Shown: in pieces, positions 1 through 12,866 of the stretch | How positions within the stretch are numbered: the first letter of the stretch is position 1 | How the letters are laid out: every line of letters begins with the position of its first letter | NCBI RefSeq assembly: GCF_963921235.1 | Contig: NC_086097.1 | Coordinates: 1,550,001 to 1,614,000 of the forward strand | DNA: 64,000 bases | Reading direction: 5' to 3' | Origin: Mobula hypostoma | Lineage: Eukaryota | The notes under the pieces: generated by a model | Told to the model about the DNA's origin: nothing | Database searches by the model: none | What the model saw: the letters and a program-made list of their open reading frames with translations, nothing else | Position numbers and translations under genes: made by a program

Positions 1-836
1 CTGTGTGAGTGTTCTCGATGTACAGTCTGTGTGAGTGTTCTCGATATACAGTCTGTGTGAGTATTGTCGATGTACAGTCTGTGTGAGTGTTCTCGACGTA
101 TAGTCTGTGTGAGTGTCATCGATGTACAGTCTGTGTGAGTGTCCTTGACGTACAGTCTGTGTGAGTGTTCTCGACATACAGTCTGTGTGAGTGTTCTCGA
201 CGTACTGTCTGTGTGAGTGTCCTTGATGTACAGTCTGTGTGAGTGTTCTCGATGTACAGTCTGTGTGAGTGTCATCGACGTACTGTCTGTGTGTGTGTCA
301 TTGACGTACAGTCTGTGTGAGTGTTCTCGACGTACAGTCTGTGTGAGTGTTCTCGACGTACAGTCTGTGTGAGTATCATCGACGTACAGTCTGTGTGAGT
401 GTTCTCGACGTACAGTCTGTGTGAGTGTTCTCGATGTACAGTCTGTGTGAGTGTTCTCGATATACAGTCTGTGTGAGTATTGTCGATGTACAGTCTGTGT
501 GAGTGTTCTCGACGTATAGTCTGTGTGAGTGTCATCGATGTACAGTCTGTGTGAGTATCGTCGATGTGCAGTCTGTGTGAGTGTCCTTGACGTACAGTCT
601 GTGTGAGTGTCCTTGATATACAGTCTGTGTGAGTGTTCTCGATGTACAGTCTGTGTGAGTGTCATCGACGTACAGTCTGTGTGAGTGTTCTCGACATACA
701 GTCTGTGTGAGTGTTCTTGATGTACAGTCTGTGTGAGTGTGATCGACGTACAGTCTGTGTGAGTGTTCTCGACGTACTGTCTGTGTGAGTGTCCTTGACG
801 TACAGTCTGTGTGAGTGTCCTTGACGTACAGTCTGT
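1..836. repeat. 26-bp minisatellite, about 32 copies (unit TACAGTCTGTGTGAGTGTTCTCGACG), running off the left edge
   Basis: Head-to-tail 26-bp units with recurrent variants (TTCTCGA, CCTTGA, CATCGA). ORF 272..535 is just the translated repeat. Confidence 0.97.
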
Positions 837-920
837 TTGGAGCCTTTTATTTTCCTTTTATATTTTATCTCTATTAATTACATAGTTCCAGGAAGATCTA
901 TAAAGTGTAATCATTTAATC

Positions 921-2046
921 GCATATAGTCATTATCATACTTTATTGATCCCGGGGGAAATTGGTTTTCGTTACAATTGCACCATAAGTAATTAAATAGT
1001 AATATAACCATAAATAGTTAAATAGTAATAAGTAAATTATGCCAGGAAATATGTCCAGGACCAGCCTATTGGCTCAGGGTGTCTGACCCTCCAAGGGAGG
1101 AGTGGTAAAGTTTGATGACCACAGGCAGGAATGACTTCCTATGACTCTCTGTGTTGCATCTCGGTGAGATGAGTCTCTGGCTGAATGTACTCCTGTGCCC
1201 ACCCAGTCCATTATGTAGTGGATGGGAGACATTGTCCAAGATGGCATGCAACTTGGACAGCATCCTCTTTTCAGACACCACCGTCAGAGAGTCCAGTTCC
1301 ATCCCCACAACATCACTGGCCTTACGAATGAGTTTGTTCATTCTGTTGGTGTCTGCCACCCTCAGCCTGCTGCCCCAGCACACAACAGCAAACATGATCG
1401 CACTGGCCACCACAGACTCGTAGAACATCCTCAACATCGTCCGGCAGATGTTAAAGGACCTCAGTCTCCTCAGGAAATAGAGACAGCTCTGACCCTTCTT
1501 GTAGACAGCCTCAGTGTTCTTTGACCAGTCCAGTTTATTGTCAATTCGTATCCCCAGGTATTTGTAATCCTCCACCATATCCACACTGACCCCCTGGATG
1601 GAAACAGGGGTCACCGGTACCTTAGCTCTCCTCAGGTCTACCACCAGCTCCTTAGTCTTTTTCACATTAAGCTGCAGATAATTCTGCTCACACCATGTGA
1701 CAAAGTTTCCTACCGTAGCCCTGTACTCAACTTCATCTCCCTTGCTGATGCATCCAACTATGGCAGAGTCATCCGAAAACTTCTGAAGATGACAAGACTC
1801 TGTGCAGTAATTGAAGTCCGAGGTGTAAATGGTGAAGAGAAAGGGAGACAAGACAGTCCTCTGTGGAGCCCCAGTGCTGCTGATCACTCTGTCGGACACA
1901 CAGTGTTGCAAGCACACGTACTGTGGTCTGCCAGTCAGGTAATCAAGAATCCATGACACCAGGGAAGTATCCACCTGCATCGCTGTCAGCTTCTCCCCCA
2001 GCAAAGCAGGGCGGATGGTTTTGAACGCACTGGAGAAGTCAAAAAA
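921..2046 (-). mobile_element. Rex1/Babar-clade LINE, 5'-truncated (RT C-terminal half plus 3' UTR)
   Basis: ORF 1066..2094 has FFDFSSAF, STGAPQ.TVLSPFLF, KFSDDSAIVG, LNVKKTKELVVD, ending GGSDTLSQ. The 3' end has AATAAA and an ATGACT-type tail. Confidence 0.9.
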
Positions 2047-3065
2047 GAAGTCAAAAGTCAAAGTGTTGTTGATATTCCTAGAAATTTGGACCAAACCATT
2101 TTAAGAAAACAATAACAGGGAGTGGTATCGGGTAATAAAAAGTCAGGTCTTATATAAATTGAAAGAACGATGGAGGATGTTCCCTCTCTCCTGTTGAAGT
2201 TGAATTTATTCTCCTCACAGAAAGCATGCTCAGTGAATACTTTCTTCCCTGGGTAGACTGAATTCACACACCCTCCACAACTTCAGGACCTCATCCAAGC
2301 CACTATGGATGTCGGTTCTGACCATGTCTTCACACTTGCACTCAACCTGGGCCCTCACTAACTTCATCTCCACTGTCCGTGAACCAGCAGAGCAGTAAGT
2401 GGGTGGGAGAACCTGTATTCATGGCAGCTCTCATAACAAAAAGCAACTCAAAGTGCACCATTAGTAATCAGGCTTTGGAAAACATTAAAGCCTACGTCTA
2501 CAATTGTGCATTCCAACCCCTTTCTCTTCAAGATAGGAATGTGATGATTTATAATCATTACTAACAAAATTATAACATTTTGATAATGGTTAATTGAAAG
2601 ATGATATGCCAAGGTTATAAAACTTTGCCTGTCTTAAGTGAGTCATACTTCGCCTGTAGGGAGACAGAGTTCAGGTTTTACTTGGTGACAAGGAATTGTG
2701 CAAAGATCACTCAGAGAACGAGAAGCTGAACACTCTTCCCTTTGTTCATTACTGAGAACTTCACACATTCTTGGCTACCTTTCAGATTTTTGGTGATTTG
2801 AAGAAATAGGCAAAGGCTTAGAGCTCCAGTGAACAGTGACCAGGAGAGTTTGTTGTGAGAGAGTCTGAACACAGGAGTAAAGGTGTTGTTTTACTGGAGT
2901 TATACATTGTCTTGGTGAGACTGCACCTGGACGAGCGCACAGTTCTAGCCCATTTTCCAAATGAAGGATGCCTTGCAGTTACAATAACACTATCACGGTG
3001 TCAGTACCCAGGTTCAGCTCAGCGTGAAGGGGGAGTGCAGGAAATTTTGAGGATGTCAATAATAT

Positions 3066-4075
3066 CATAAACATAGGAGCAGAATTAGGCCATTCAGCCC
3101 ATCGAGTCTGCTCCACCATTTCATCATTACTGATCCCAGATCCCATTCAACCCCATACACCTGCCTTCTTGCCATATCCTTTCATCAGCTTCTGCTTTAA
3201 ATACACACACAGACTTGGCCTCCACCATAGTCTGTGGCAGAGCATTCTACAGATTCACTACTCTCTAGCTAAAAGAATTCCTCCTTACCTCTGTTCTAAA
3301 GGGTTGCCCTCAATTTTGAGGCTGTGCCCTCTGGCTCTGGATACCCTCACCAGAGGAAACATCATCTCACCATCCATCCTATATAGTCCTTAAGACCATA
3401 AGACATAGGAGCAGAATTAGGCCATCTGGCCCATCGAGTCTGCTCTGCCATTCAATCATGGCTGATCCTTTTTTCCCCCTCAAGCCCAGTTCCCGGCCTC
3501 CCCATAACGTTTGATGCCATATCCAATCAGAACCTATCAATCCCTGCCTTAAATACACCCAACGACCTGCCCTCCACAGCTTTCCACAAATTCACCATCC
3601 TTTGGCTAAAGAAATTTCTCCGCCTCTCTGTTTCTCTGTTTTGAAAGGGCAGCCCCTCTATCCTGTGGCTGTGGCCTCTTGTCCGAGACTCCCCCACCAA
3701 GGGAAACATCCTTTCCACATCTATTCTGTCTAGGCCTTTCAACATTCAAAAGGTTTCTATGAGATCCCTCCTCATCCTTCTGAATTCCAGCATAAAAAGA
3801 AGTGGTCCCAACACTGACTCCTGCGGAACACCACTCGTCACTGGCAAACAACCAGAAAAGGATCCTTTTATTCCCACTTATTGCCTCCTACTAATCAGCC
3901 AATGCTCTATCCATGTTAATAACTTCCCTGTAATACCATGGGCTCTTAACTTGGTAAGCAGCCTCATGTGTGGCACCTTATCAAAGGCCTCATTCTCTGG
4001 TGGTCCTATGTCCACTCTCATTTCTCTTTTATTTTTAACATACTGAAAAAACTTTTACTATCCACTTTGATATTA
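3066..4075 (-). mobile_element. Two adjacent decayed CR1 LINE 3' fragments; the second continues at 5713-6186
   Basis: CR1 3' UTR and tails (ACATAGGAGCAG, TAAGACCATAAG). ORF 3527..3745 GLDRIDVERMFPLVGESRTRGH. Confidence 0.85.
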
Positions 4076-5712
4076 ACCATAGAACCATAGAAACTACAGC
4101 ACAGAAACAGGCCCTTTGGCCCTTCTTGGCTGTGCCAAAACATTTTCTGCCTAGTCCCACTGACCTGCACACGGACCATATCCCTCCATACACCTCCCAT
4201 CCATGTATCTGTCCAATTTATTCTTAAATGTTAAAAATGAACCCGCATTTACCACCTCGTCTGGCAGCTCATTCCATACTCCCACCACTCTCTGTGTGAA
4301 GAAGCCTCCCCTAATGTTCCCTTTAAACTTTCCCCCCCTCACCCTTAACCCATGTCCTCTGTTTTTTTTCTCCCCTTGCCTCAGTGGAAAAAGCCTGCTT
4401 GCATTCACTCTATCTATACCCATCATAATTTTATATACCTCTATCAAATCTCCCCTCATTCTTCTACGCTCCAGGGAATAAAGTCCTAACCTATTCAACC
4501 TTTCTCTGTAACTGAGTTTCTCAAGTCCCGGCAACATCCTTGTAAACCTTCTCTGCACTCTTTCAACCTTACTTATATCCTTCCTGTAATTTGGTGACCA
4601 AAACTGAACACAATACTCCAGATTCGGCCTCACCAATGCCTTATACAACCTCATCATAACAGTCCAGCTCTTATACTCAATACTTCGATTAATAATATAC
4701 TTGTAAAAGCTCTTTGGATTATCCTTCACTTTGACTGCCAAAGCAACCTCATGTCTTCTTTTAGCCCTCCTGATTTCTTTCTTAAGTATTTTCGTGCACT
4801 TCTTATACTCCTCAAGCACCTGATTTACCCCCTGTTTCACCCCCTGTTTCCTATACATTTCATACAACTCCCTCTTCTTCTTTATCAGAGTTGCAATATC
4901 CCTTGAGAACCAAGGTTCCTTATTCCTATTCAATTTGCCTTTAATCCTGACAGGAACATACAAACTCTGCACTCTCAAAATTTCCCCTTTGAAGGCTTCC
5001 CACCTACCAATCACATTTTTGCCAGAGAACAACCTGTCCCAATCCACGCTTTTTAGATCCTTTCTCATTTCTTCAAATTTGGCCTTCTTCCAGTTCAGAA
5101 CCTCAACCCTAGGACCAGATCTATCCTTGTCCATGATCAAATTGAAACTAATGGTGTTATGATCACTGGAACCAAAGTGCTCCCCTACACACACTTCTGT
5201 CACTTGCCCTAATTCGTTTCCTAACAGGAGATCCAATATTGCATCCCCTCCAGTTGGTCCCTCTATATATTGATTTAGAAAACTTTCCTGAACACATTTT
5301 ACAAACTCTAAACCATCTATACCCCTAACAGTATGGGAGTCCCAATCAATATATGGAAAATTAAAATCCCCTACCACCACAACTTTATGTTTCCTGCAGT
5401 TGCCTGCTATCTCTCTGCAGATTTGCTCTTCCAAGTCTCGTTGACTATTGGGTGGTCTGTAATACAATCCCACTAATGTGGCCATACCTTTCCTGTTTCT
5501 CAGCTCCACCCATAAGGACTCAGTAGACAAGCCCTCTAATCTGTCCTGCCTGAGCACTGCTGTAACATTTTCCCCAACAAGCAATGTTACTCCCCCACCT
5601 TTCATTCCTCTGCCTCGATCACATCTGAAACATCGGAACCCTGGAATATTAAGCTGCCAGTCCTGCCCCTCCTGTAGCCACGTTTCACTAATTGCTACAA
5701 CATCATAATTCC
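4076..5712 (-). mobile_element. Young CR1 copy, 5'-truncated, with an in-frame internal deletion of the whole RT domain
   Basis: ORF 4151..5605 (484 aa) has an APE endonuclease (VGDFN, GSSDH) fused at KSFYKYI|INRSIEYK to the CR1 C-terminus. TSD ATATTA at 4070-4075 and 5713-5718. (TTCTATGG)n tail. Confidence 0.92.
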
Positions 5713-6186
5713 ATATTATTTTCTAGCTTGCTTTCATATTTCATATTTCCCTTCTAATGATTTTTAGTTGTTCTCTGTAGGTTTTCAAAAAATTCCCAAC
5801 CCTCTATATTCCCACTAATTTTTGCTTTGTTGTATGCCCTTTCTTTTGCTTTTTGTTTTTTCATTAGCTTTGACTTCCCTTGTCAGCCACAGTTGTACTA
5901 TTTTACCATGTGAGTATTTCTTCATTTTTGGAATACACATATCCCGCACCTTCCTCATTTTTCCCAGAAACGCACACCATTGCTGCTCTGCTGACATCCC
6001 TGCCAGGAGCTGCTGCCAATTTATTTTGGCCAATTCCTCTCTCATACCACTGTAATTTCCCTTACTCCACAGAAATACTGCTATGTTAGACTTTATTTTC
6101 TCCCTATTAAATTCCAAATTGAACTCAATCATATTATCACTGTCTCCTAAGTGTTCTTTTACCTTAAGCTCCCTAATCGCCTCCAG
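5713..6186 (-). mobile_element. Decayed CR1 ORF2 fragment (host of the 4076-5712 insertion); resumes near 10921
   Basis: EHLGDSDNMIEFNLEF...KGNYSGMREELAKINW in ORF 5815..6342. Confidence 0.85.
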
Positions 6187-6600
6187 TTCAGCATTTAATT
6201 CCATCATTCCCACACTCCTAACTGAGAAGTTGCAGAACCTGGGCCTCTGTATCTCTCTCTGAAATTGGATCCTCAACTTCCTAACTGGAAGACCGCAATC
6301 TGTGCAGATTGGTGATAACGCTGACGATCGACACTGGCGCACCTCAGGAGTGTGTGCTTAGCCCACTACTCTACTCTCTATATACACATGACTGTGTGTC
6401 TAGGCATAGCTCAAATACCATCTATAAATTTGCTGATGTACAATCATTGTTGGTTGAATCTCAGGTGGTGACAAGAGGGTGTACAGGAGCGAGATATACC
6501 CTGAGTTTAGTGGTGTCACAGCAACAACCTGGCACTCAACGTCAGTAAGATGAAAGAGCTGATTGTGGACTCCTGGAAGGGTAAGACAAGGAATACATAT
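6187..6600 (+). mobile_element. Rex1/Babar-type RT fragment of a second, older family; resumes at 10823-10920
   Basis: TGAPQECVLSPLLYSLYTHDC...IYKFAD, with continuation PILIEGSEVERVSSFKFLGVKISENLTW at 10823. Confidence 0.85.
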
Positions 6601-8728
6601 AAGTGAAAATACTATCTTAGGTCTAGTCCTGTGCAGTGAGACAGGTAAGATTCACGATCTTGTAGTCAGGGATCCTCTTGGAAAGAGTGATCATAGTATG
6701 ATTGAATTTTGTACATACAGATGGAGGATGAAATAGTTAGATCTAAAACTAGTGTATTATACTTGAACAAGAGAGACTACAATGGGATGAGGGAGGAGTT
6801 GGCTAATGTGGATTGGGAGCACAGGCTATTTGGTAGGACAGTTGAGGAACAGTGGAATACTTTCAAAGAGATTTTTCACAGTGCTCAACAAGCATATATT
6901 CCAGTCAAAAGTAAGGACAGTAAGGACAGTAAGTGTGGGGAGAGCCAGCCTTGGATAACTAAAGAAATAAAAGATAGTATCAAATTAAAAGCTCATGTGT
7001 TCAAAGTCGCAAAGAGTAGTGGGAGACTGGAGGATAGGGAAAACTTTAAAAAGCAACAAGAGAACAACTAAACAAGAAATAAGGAAAGGGAAGATAGAGT
7101 ATGAAAGTAAATTAGCACAAAATATAAAAACAGATAGCAAAAGTTTTTATAAATATATAAAGCGGAAGAGGGTGGCTAAAGTCAACATAGGTCCCTTGGA
7201 AGATGAGAAGGGAGATTGATATTGGGTGATAAGGAAATGGCTGAGGCATTGAACGAGTATTTTGTGTCGGTCTTCATGGTGGAGGACGAGTCTAATATGC
7301 CAAAGAAGGGTGTTATGGATGAAATGGGAGGTGAGGACCTCAAAAAAATCACTGTCACTAAAGAGATAGTGATGAGCAAACTAGAGGGCCTGAAGGTAGA
7401 TAAGTCCCCTGGTCCTCATGGGATGCATCCCAGGGTGCTGAGGGAATTGGCAGAGGTTATAGTAGACACGTTGGTAATCATTTATCAAAACTCTTTAGAC
7501 TCTGGGCAGGTCTGGACAGATTGGAAGACACCAAATGTCACGCCACTTTTTAAAAAGGGATGTAGGCAAAGGACGGGCAACTATAGGCCAGTTAGCTCAA
7601 CATCTGTAGTCGGGAAAATGCTTGAAGATGTCATTAAGGAAGAAGTAGCAAAATATTTAGAAAGGAGTGGTTCCATTAGACAGACGCAGCATGGATTCAG
7701 AAAGGACAGGTCCTGTTTGACAAAGTTACTGGATTCTTTGAGCACAGAATGAGTGCAGTGGGTAGAGGGGAACAGGTTGATGTCGTATACTTGGATTTCC
7801 TGAAGGCTTTCGATAAGGTGCCACAAAAGAGACTTATAAATAAGATACGGATGCATGGAGTCAGAGGAAGTGTATTGGCATAGACAGTGGATTGGTTAAC
7901 CAATAGAAGTCAGGGAGTTGGTGTAAATGGGTGTTTCTCCGGTTGGCAGTCAGTGGTGAGTGGGGTGCTGCAGGGGTCGGTGCTGGGCCTGCAGCTGTTT
8001 ACCATTTACATTGATGATTTGGAAGAGGGGACTGAGTGTAGTGTTGCAAAATTTGCTGATGACACTAAACTGAGTGGAAAAGCAAATTGTACAGAGGATG
8101 TGAAGAGTCTACAGAGGGATATGGATAGGTTAAGTGAGTGGGCCAAGGTCTGGCAGATGGAATACAACGTTGGTAAATGCGAGATCATCCACTTAGAAGG
8201 AATAATAGAAGAGCAGATTATTACTTAAATGGTGAAAGATTGCAGCACGCTGTTGTGCAGAGGAACTTGTGACTGCTTGTTCATGAATCGCAAAAAGTTG
8301 TCTTGCAGGTACAACAGGTTATTAAGAAGGCAAATGGAATGTTGGCTGTCATTGCTAGAGGGATTGAATTCAAGAGCAGGGAGGTCATGCTGCAACTATA
8401 CAGGGTACTGGTGAGGCTGCACCTGGAGTACTGTGTGCAGTTCTGGTCTCCATACTTGAGGAAGGATATACTGGCTTTGGAGGCAGTGCAGAGGAGGTTC
8501 ACCAGGTTGATTCCAGAGATGAAGGGGTTAACCTATGAGCAGAGATTGAGTCACCTTGGACTATACTCTCTGGAATTCAGAAGAATGAGAGGGGATCTTA
8601 TAGAAACATACAACATTTTGAAAGGAATATATAAGATAGAAGTAGGAAAGTTGTTTCCATTGGTAGGTGAGACTAGAACTAGGGGACATTGCCTTAAGAT
8701 TCAGGGCAGAAAATTTAGGACGGAGATG

Positions 8729-10569
8729 AGTCATAGTCATAGTCATACTTCATTGATCCCGGGGGAAATTGGTTTTCGTTACAGTTGCACCATAAATAAT
8801 TAAATAGTAATAAAACCATAAATAGTTAAATAGTGTTACGAGAATACACATAAAATTAAGATGTTTGCTGGCCTGGGCTAGCATCAGTGGCATCAGCAGT
8901 TGGTCTGCCACCTGCCCTCAGGGGAAGGAGAGATAAGGAACAATGGAGCAGCGTCTGGAGATGTGTAATGAAGGGATGTGGGAGGGAGAGCTGTCTGGAG
9001 CGGCTCCCCCCTTTGAACCCTGAACTGTTTGAAGTGATGGACAGGCGATACCCCAGCAGGGGGATAAAAAGGGACAGGTTCGCTAAGACAGACACACACG
9101 CCACCCGAGGTAACGAGACCCTGGAAGCGGTACGCTTCTCACGAGTGGGTGAGAAGTACCAGACAACGACCAGGGTGGAAAGGTACGATCAGCGGGAACC
9201 CGGTGTGTGTCCGCCCTTGCCTGGGTGCCGGGTTCACAGCAGAGGATCGACCGCATCTGGAGGAGGGGTCACAGTCGGTGACCTCAGGTGACATCACCAA
9301 GGACCCGCCCAAATGCTGTTTGTGAGCCATCTCGCCGGTCTGTGAGTGAAGCTGTGCTGAATGATGAGTTGTTCCTATTCTATCTCTCTCTTCCCCACCT
9401 TGTCCATCGCCATGACAACGATCACTGCGAACTGAACTACAAACTGGACTGAACTTTGAGTCATTTTGAAATTGGTCATTTACCCCTAGACAACGATAGA
9501 GCTTGATTGATGCTGTTATCTTAATTCTGTGCACATGTGTGGTTATCATTGTTGAATTGTTGCATTTATTATCCTTTCGATTACTGTGTTGCTTGTTTCT
9601 TTAATAAAACTTTCTTAGTTCTAGTACTCCAGACTCCAACTGAGTGATCCATTTCTGCTGGTTTGGCAACCCAGTTACGGGGTACGTAACAATAGTAATA
9701 TGTAAATATGTAAATTATGCCAGGAAATAAGCCCATGAAGAGCCTATTGGCTCAGGCTGTCTGACCCTCCAAGGGAGGAGCTGTAAAGTTTGATGGCCAC
9801 AGGCAGGAATGACTTCCTATGACGCTCAGTGCTGTATCTCGGTGGAATGAGTCTCTGGCTGAATGTACTCCTGTGCCCACCCAGTACATTATGTAGTGGA
9901 TGGGAGACATTGTCCAAGATGGCATGCAACTTAGACAGCATCCTCTTTTCAGACACCACCATGAGAGAGTCCAGTTCCATCCCCACAACATCACTGGCCT
10001 TATGAATGAGTTTGTTAATTCCGTTGGTGTCTGCTACACTCAGCCTGCTGCCCCAGCACACAACAGCAAACATGATAGCGCTGGCCCCACAGACTCGTAG
10101 AACATCCTCAGCATTGTCTGACAGATGTTAAAGGACCTCAGTCTCCTCAGGAAATAGAGACGGCTCTGACCCTTCTTGTAGACAGCCTCAATGTTCTTTG
10201 ACCAGTCCAGCTTATTGTCAATTCGTATCCCCAGGTATTTGTAATCCTCCACCATGTCCACATTGACCCCCTGAATGGAAACAGGGGTCACCGGTACCTT
10301 AGCTCTCCTCAGGTCTACCACCAGCTCCTTAGTCTTTTTCACATTAAGCTGCAGATAATTCTGCTCACACCATGTGACAAAGTTTCCTACCGTAGCCCTG
10401 TACTCAGCCTCATCTCCCTTGCTGATGCATCCAACTATGGCAGAGTCATCCGAAAACTTCTGAAGATGACAAGACTCTGTGCAGTAGTTGAAGTTTGAGG
10501 TGTAAATGGTGAAGAGAAAGGGAGACAAGATAGTCCCCTGTGGAGCCCCAGTACTGCTGATCACTCTGT
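8729..10569 (-). mobile_element. Rex1/Babar LINE, 5'-truncated, same family as 921-2046, interrupted by a solo LTR
   Basis: ORFs 10040..10633 and 9744..10073 are near-identical to 1066..2094. (ATGACT)n tail at 8729-8747. Confidence 0.92.
8834..9691 (+). mobile_element. Solo LTR (858 bp), Gypsy-type
   Basis: Termini TGTTACG...CGTAACA form a 7-bp perfect inverted repeat. 4-bp TSD ATAG at 8830-8833 and 9692-9695. TATA-like GATAAAAA near 9063 and AATAAA near 9603. The copy at 921-2046 shows the uninterrupted target. Confidence 0.93.
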
Positions 10570-10920
10570 TTTTCCTAGAGAGTGGTGAATCTGTGGAATT
10601 CTCTGCCCAGGGAAGCAGTTGAGGCTTCTTCACTAAATATATTTAAGATACAGTTAGATAGGTTTTTACATAGTAAGGGAATTAAGGGTTCTGGGGAAAA
10701 GGCAGGTAGATGGAGCTGAGTTTACAGACAGATCAGCCATGATCTTATTGAACGTCGGGGCAGACTCGATGGGCCGGATGACCGACTCCTGCTCCTATTT
10801 CTTATGGTCTTATATATGTTTTATACCAATCCTCATAGAGGGATCAGAAGTGGAGAGAGTGAGTAGTTTCAAGTTCCTGGGTGTCAAGATCTCTGAGAAT
10901 CTAACCTGGTCCCAACATAT

Positions 10921-11420
10921 AAATAGCCCATTCGTAGGCATTCAACAAATTCCCTCTCTTGCGCTCCAACACCAACTTGATTTACCCATTCTGCTTGCAT
11001 ATTGAAGTCTCTTGTTTGAATTGTGTCATTCCCCTTATTACATGCTTTTTCCAGCTCCCTTTGCAATATCAACCTCACATCATGGCTATCGTTTGGAAGC
11101 CTATAAATGATTACCTTAAAGGTTTTTTTAACCCTTGCAGTTTAACTCCACTCACAAAGATTCTACATTCTCTGACCCTCTGTCACCACTTTCTAAAGAT
11201 GTAATTCCATCTCTTACCAACAGAGCCACACCACCACCTATGCCTTCCTGCCTGTCCTTATCATACAAAGTTTATCCTTTGATGTTAAGCTCCTACCTAT
11301 GGCTTTCTTTCAGCCAGGACTCAGTGATGCCCATGTCATACCGAACAATCTAATTGCGCCACGAGTTCGTCCACCTTATTCCGAATGCTTTGCGCACTTA
11401 AATACAGCAGTTCTACATTC
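10921..11420 (-). mobile_element. Decayed CR1 endonuclease fragment
   Basis: LQRELEKACNKG...DFNMQ..WVNQVG.GAQEREFVECLR. Confidence 0.8.
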
Positions 11421-11439
11421 TTTGCCTTTTTGTAATTCA

Positions 11440-12280
11440 GCCCAGTAGGGGAATGGCAACTTTGGATTGGGTGTTATGTGAATGACCCAGATCTGATTAG
11501 GAACCATAAGGTAAAGAAACCCTTAGGAGACAGTGATCGTAATATGATAGAATTTCCTCTGCAATTTGAGAGGGAGAAGATAAAGCCAAATGTATCAGTG
11601 TTACAGTGGAGGTAAGGGAATTACAGAGGCATTGGAGAGGAACTAGCCAAAGCTGAATGGAGGGGGATATTCGCAGGGATGACGGCAAAACAGCAATGGC
11701 TGATGTTTCTGTGGGAAATTCAGATGGGACAGGAAAGCTACATCCCAAAGATGGAGAGCATTCGAAATGGAGCACGAGGCAACTGTGGCTGACAAGGGAA
11801 GCCAAAGACAGCATAAAAACAAAAGAGAGGGCATATCATAGAGCAAACATTAGTGGGTAGCTAGAGAATTGGGAAACTTTAAAAAATCAACAGAATGCAA
11901 CTAAAAAATCAGTCAAAAGAGAAAGGATGAAGTATGAAGGTAAGCTAGCCAATAATATGAAACGAGGTCAGAAGTGAGTATCATTGTTATTATTAAGGAG
12001 AAGTTGCTTGGGAAGCTAAAAGTCTGAAGATTTACAGCTCACCTAGACTAGATGAACTACCCCAGGGGTCTGAAGGAGGTAGCTGAAGAGATTGTGCAGG
12101 CATTAGTAATAATCCTTCAAGGATCATGAGATTCTGGAATGGTTCTGGAGGACTGGAAAATTGTAAATGTCACTCCAGTCTTCAAGAAGGGAGAGAGGCA
12201 GAAGAAAATGAATTATAGGCCAGTTAGAAAGATGTTGGAGTCTATTATTAAGGATGAGGTTTGAGGTACTTGGTGGCACG
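11440..12280 (+). mobile_element. Decayed CR1 ORF2 fragment
   Basis: WLTREAKDSIKTKE and EDWKIVNVTPVFKKG/NYRPV-like stretches with many frameshifts. Confidence 0.8.
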
Positions 12281-12866
12281 TAAGACCATAAGATATAGGA
12301 GCAAAATTAAGCCATTTGGCCCGGCATCTGCACTGCCATTTCATTGTGGTTGATTCATTTTCCTCTCAGCCCCAGTCTCCTGCCTTCTTCCTGTTTCCTT
12401 TCATATACTGACCAATCAAGAATCTACCAACCACTGCCTTCACTCTACAGAGACTTGGCCTCCACAGCTGCCTGTAGTAAAAAAAAAATCCACAGATTCA
12501 CTGCTTTCTGACGATAGAAATTCCTCCTTATTTTTGTTCTCAAAGGACATCCGATAATTCTGAGGCTGTGTCTTCTAGTCCTAGATTTTCCCATTGTAGG
12601 ATACATCCTCTCCACATCCACTCTATTGAGGCCTATCAACGTTCGATAGATTTCAATTAGATCACCCCTCATTCCTTTGAATTCCAGTGAATACAGGCCC
12701 AGAGCCATCAAACGCTCTTCATATGACAAGCCACTGATTCCTGCAATCATTTTCATGAATCTCCTTTCAGCCCTCTGTAGTGTCAGCACACCTTTTCTAA
12801 GATAAAGAGCCTAAAAGTGAGACCTTATCAGTGCTCGATAAAGACTCAGCATTACATCCTTGCTTC
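12281..12866 (-). mobile_element. CR1 3' end, older copy
   Basis: TAAGACCATAAG tail; ORF 12445..12789 LSYEERLMALGLYSLEF. Confidence 0.88.

Larger units (their letters stand above)
6610..10815 (+). mobile_element. CR1 LINE, 5'-truncated, disrupted ORF2, split at 8728 and about 10566 by a Rex1 insertion
   Basis: ORF pieces 6709..8803 ([46 protein letters not shown]). The 3' UTR resumes at about 10566 and ends TTCTTATGGTCTTAT. Confidence 0.92.

Noticed and set aside
1..836. CRISPR-like array
   Set aside because: Units are contiguous with no unique spacers, there are no cas genes, and the context is eukaryotic.
2221..2394. Possible plus-strand exon (CTCCTCACAG...GTAAGT)
   Set aside because: It has stops in all three frames and no partner exons; a non-coding exon cannot be supported from sequence alone.
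8856..9549. ORFs within the solo LTR
   Set aside because: GC-rich non-coding LTR sequence with no protein motifs.
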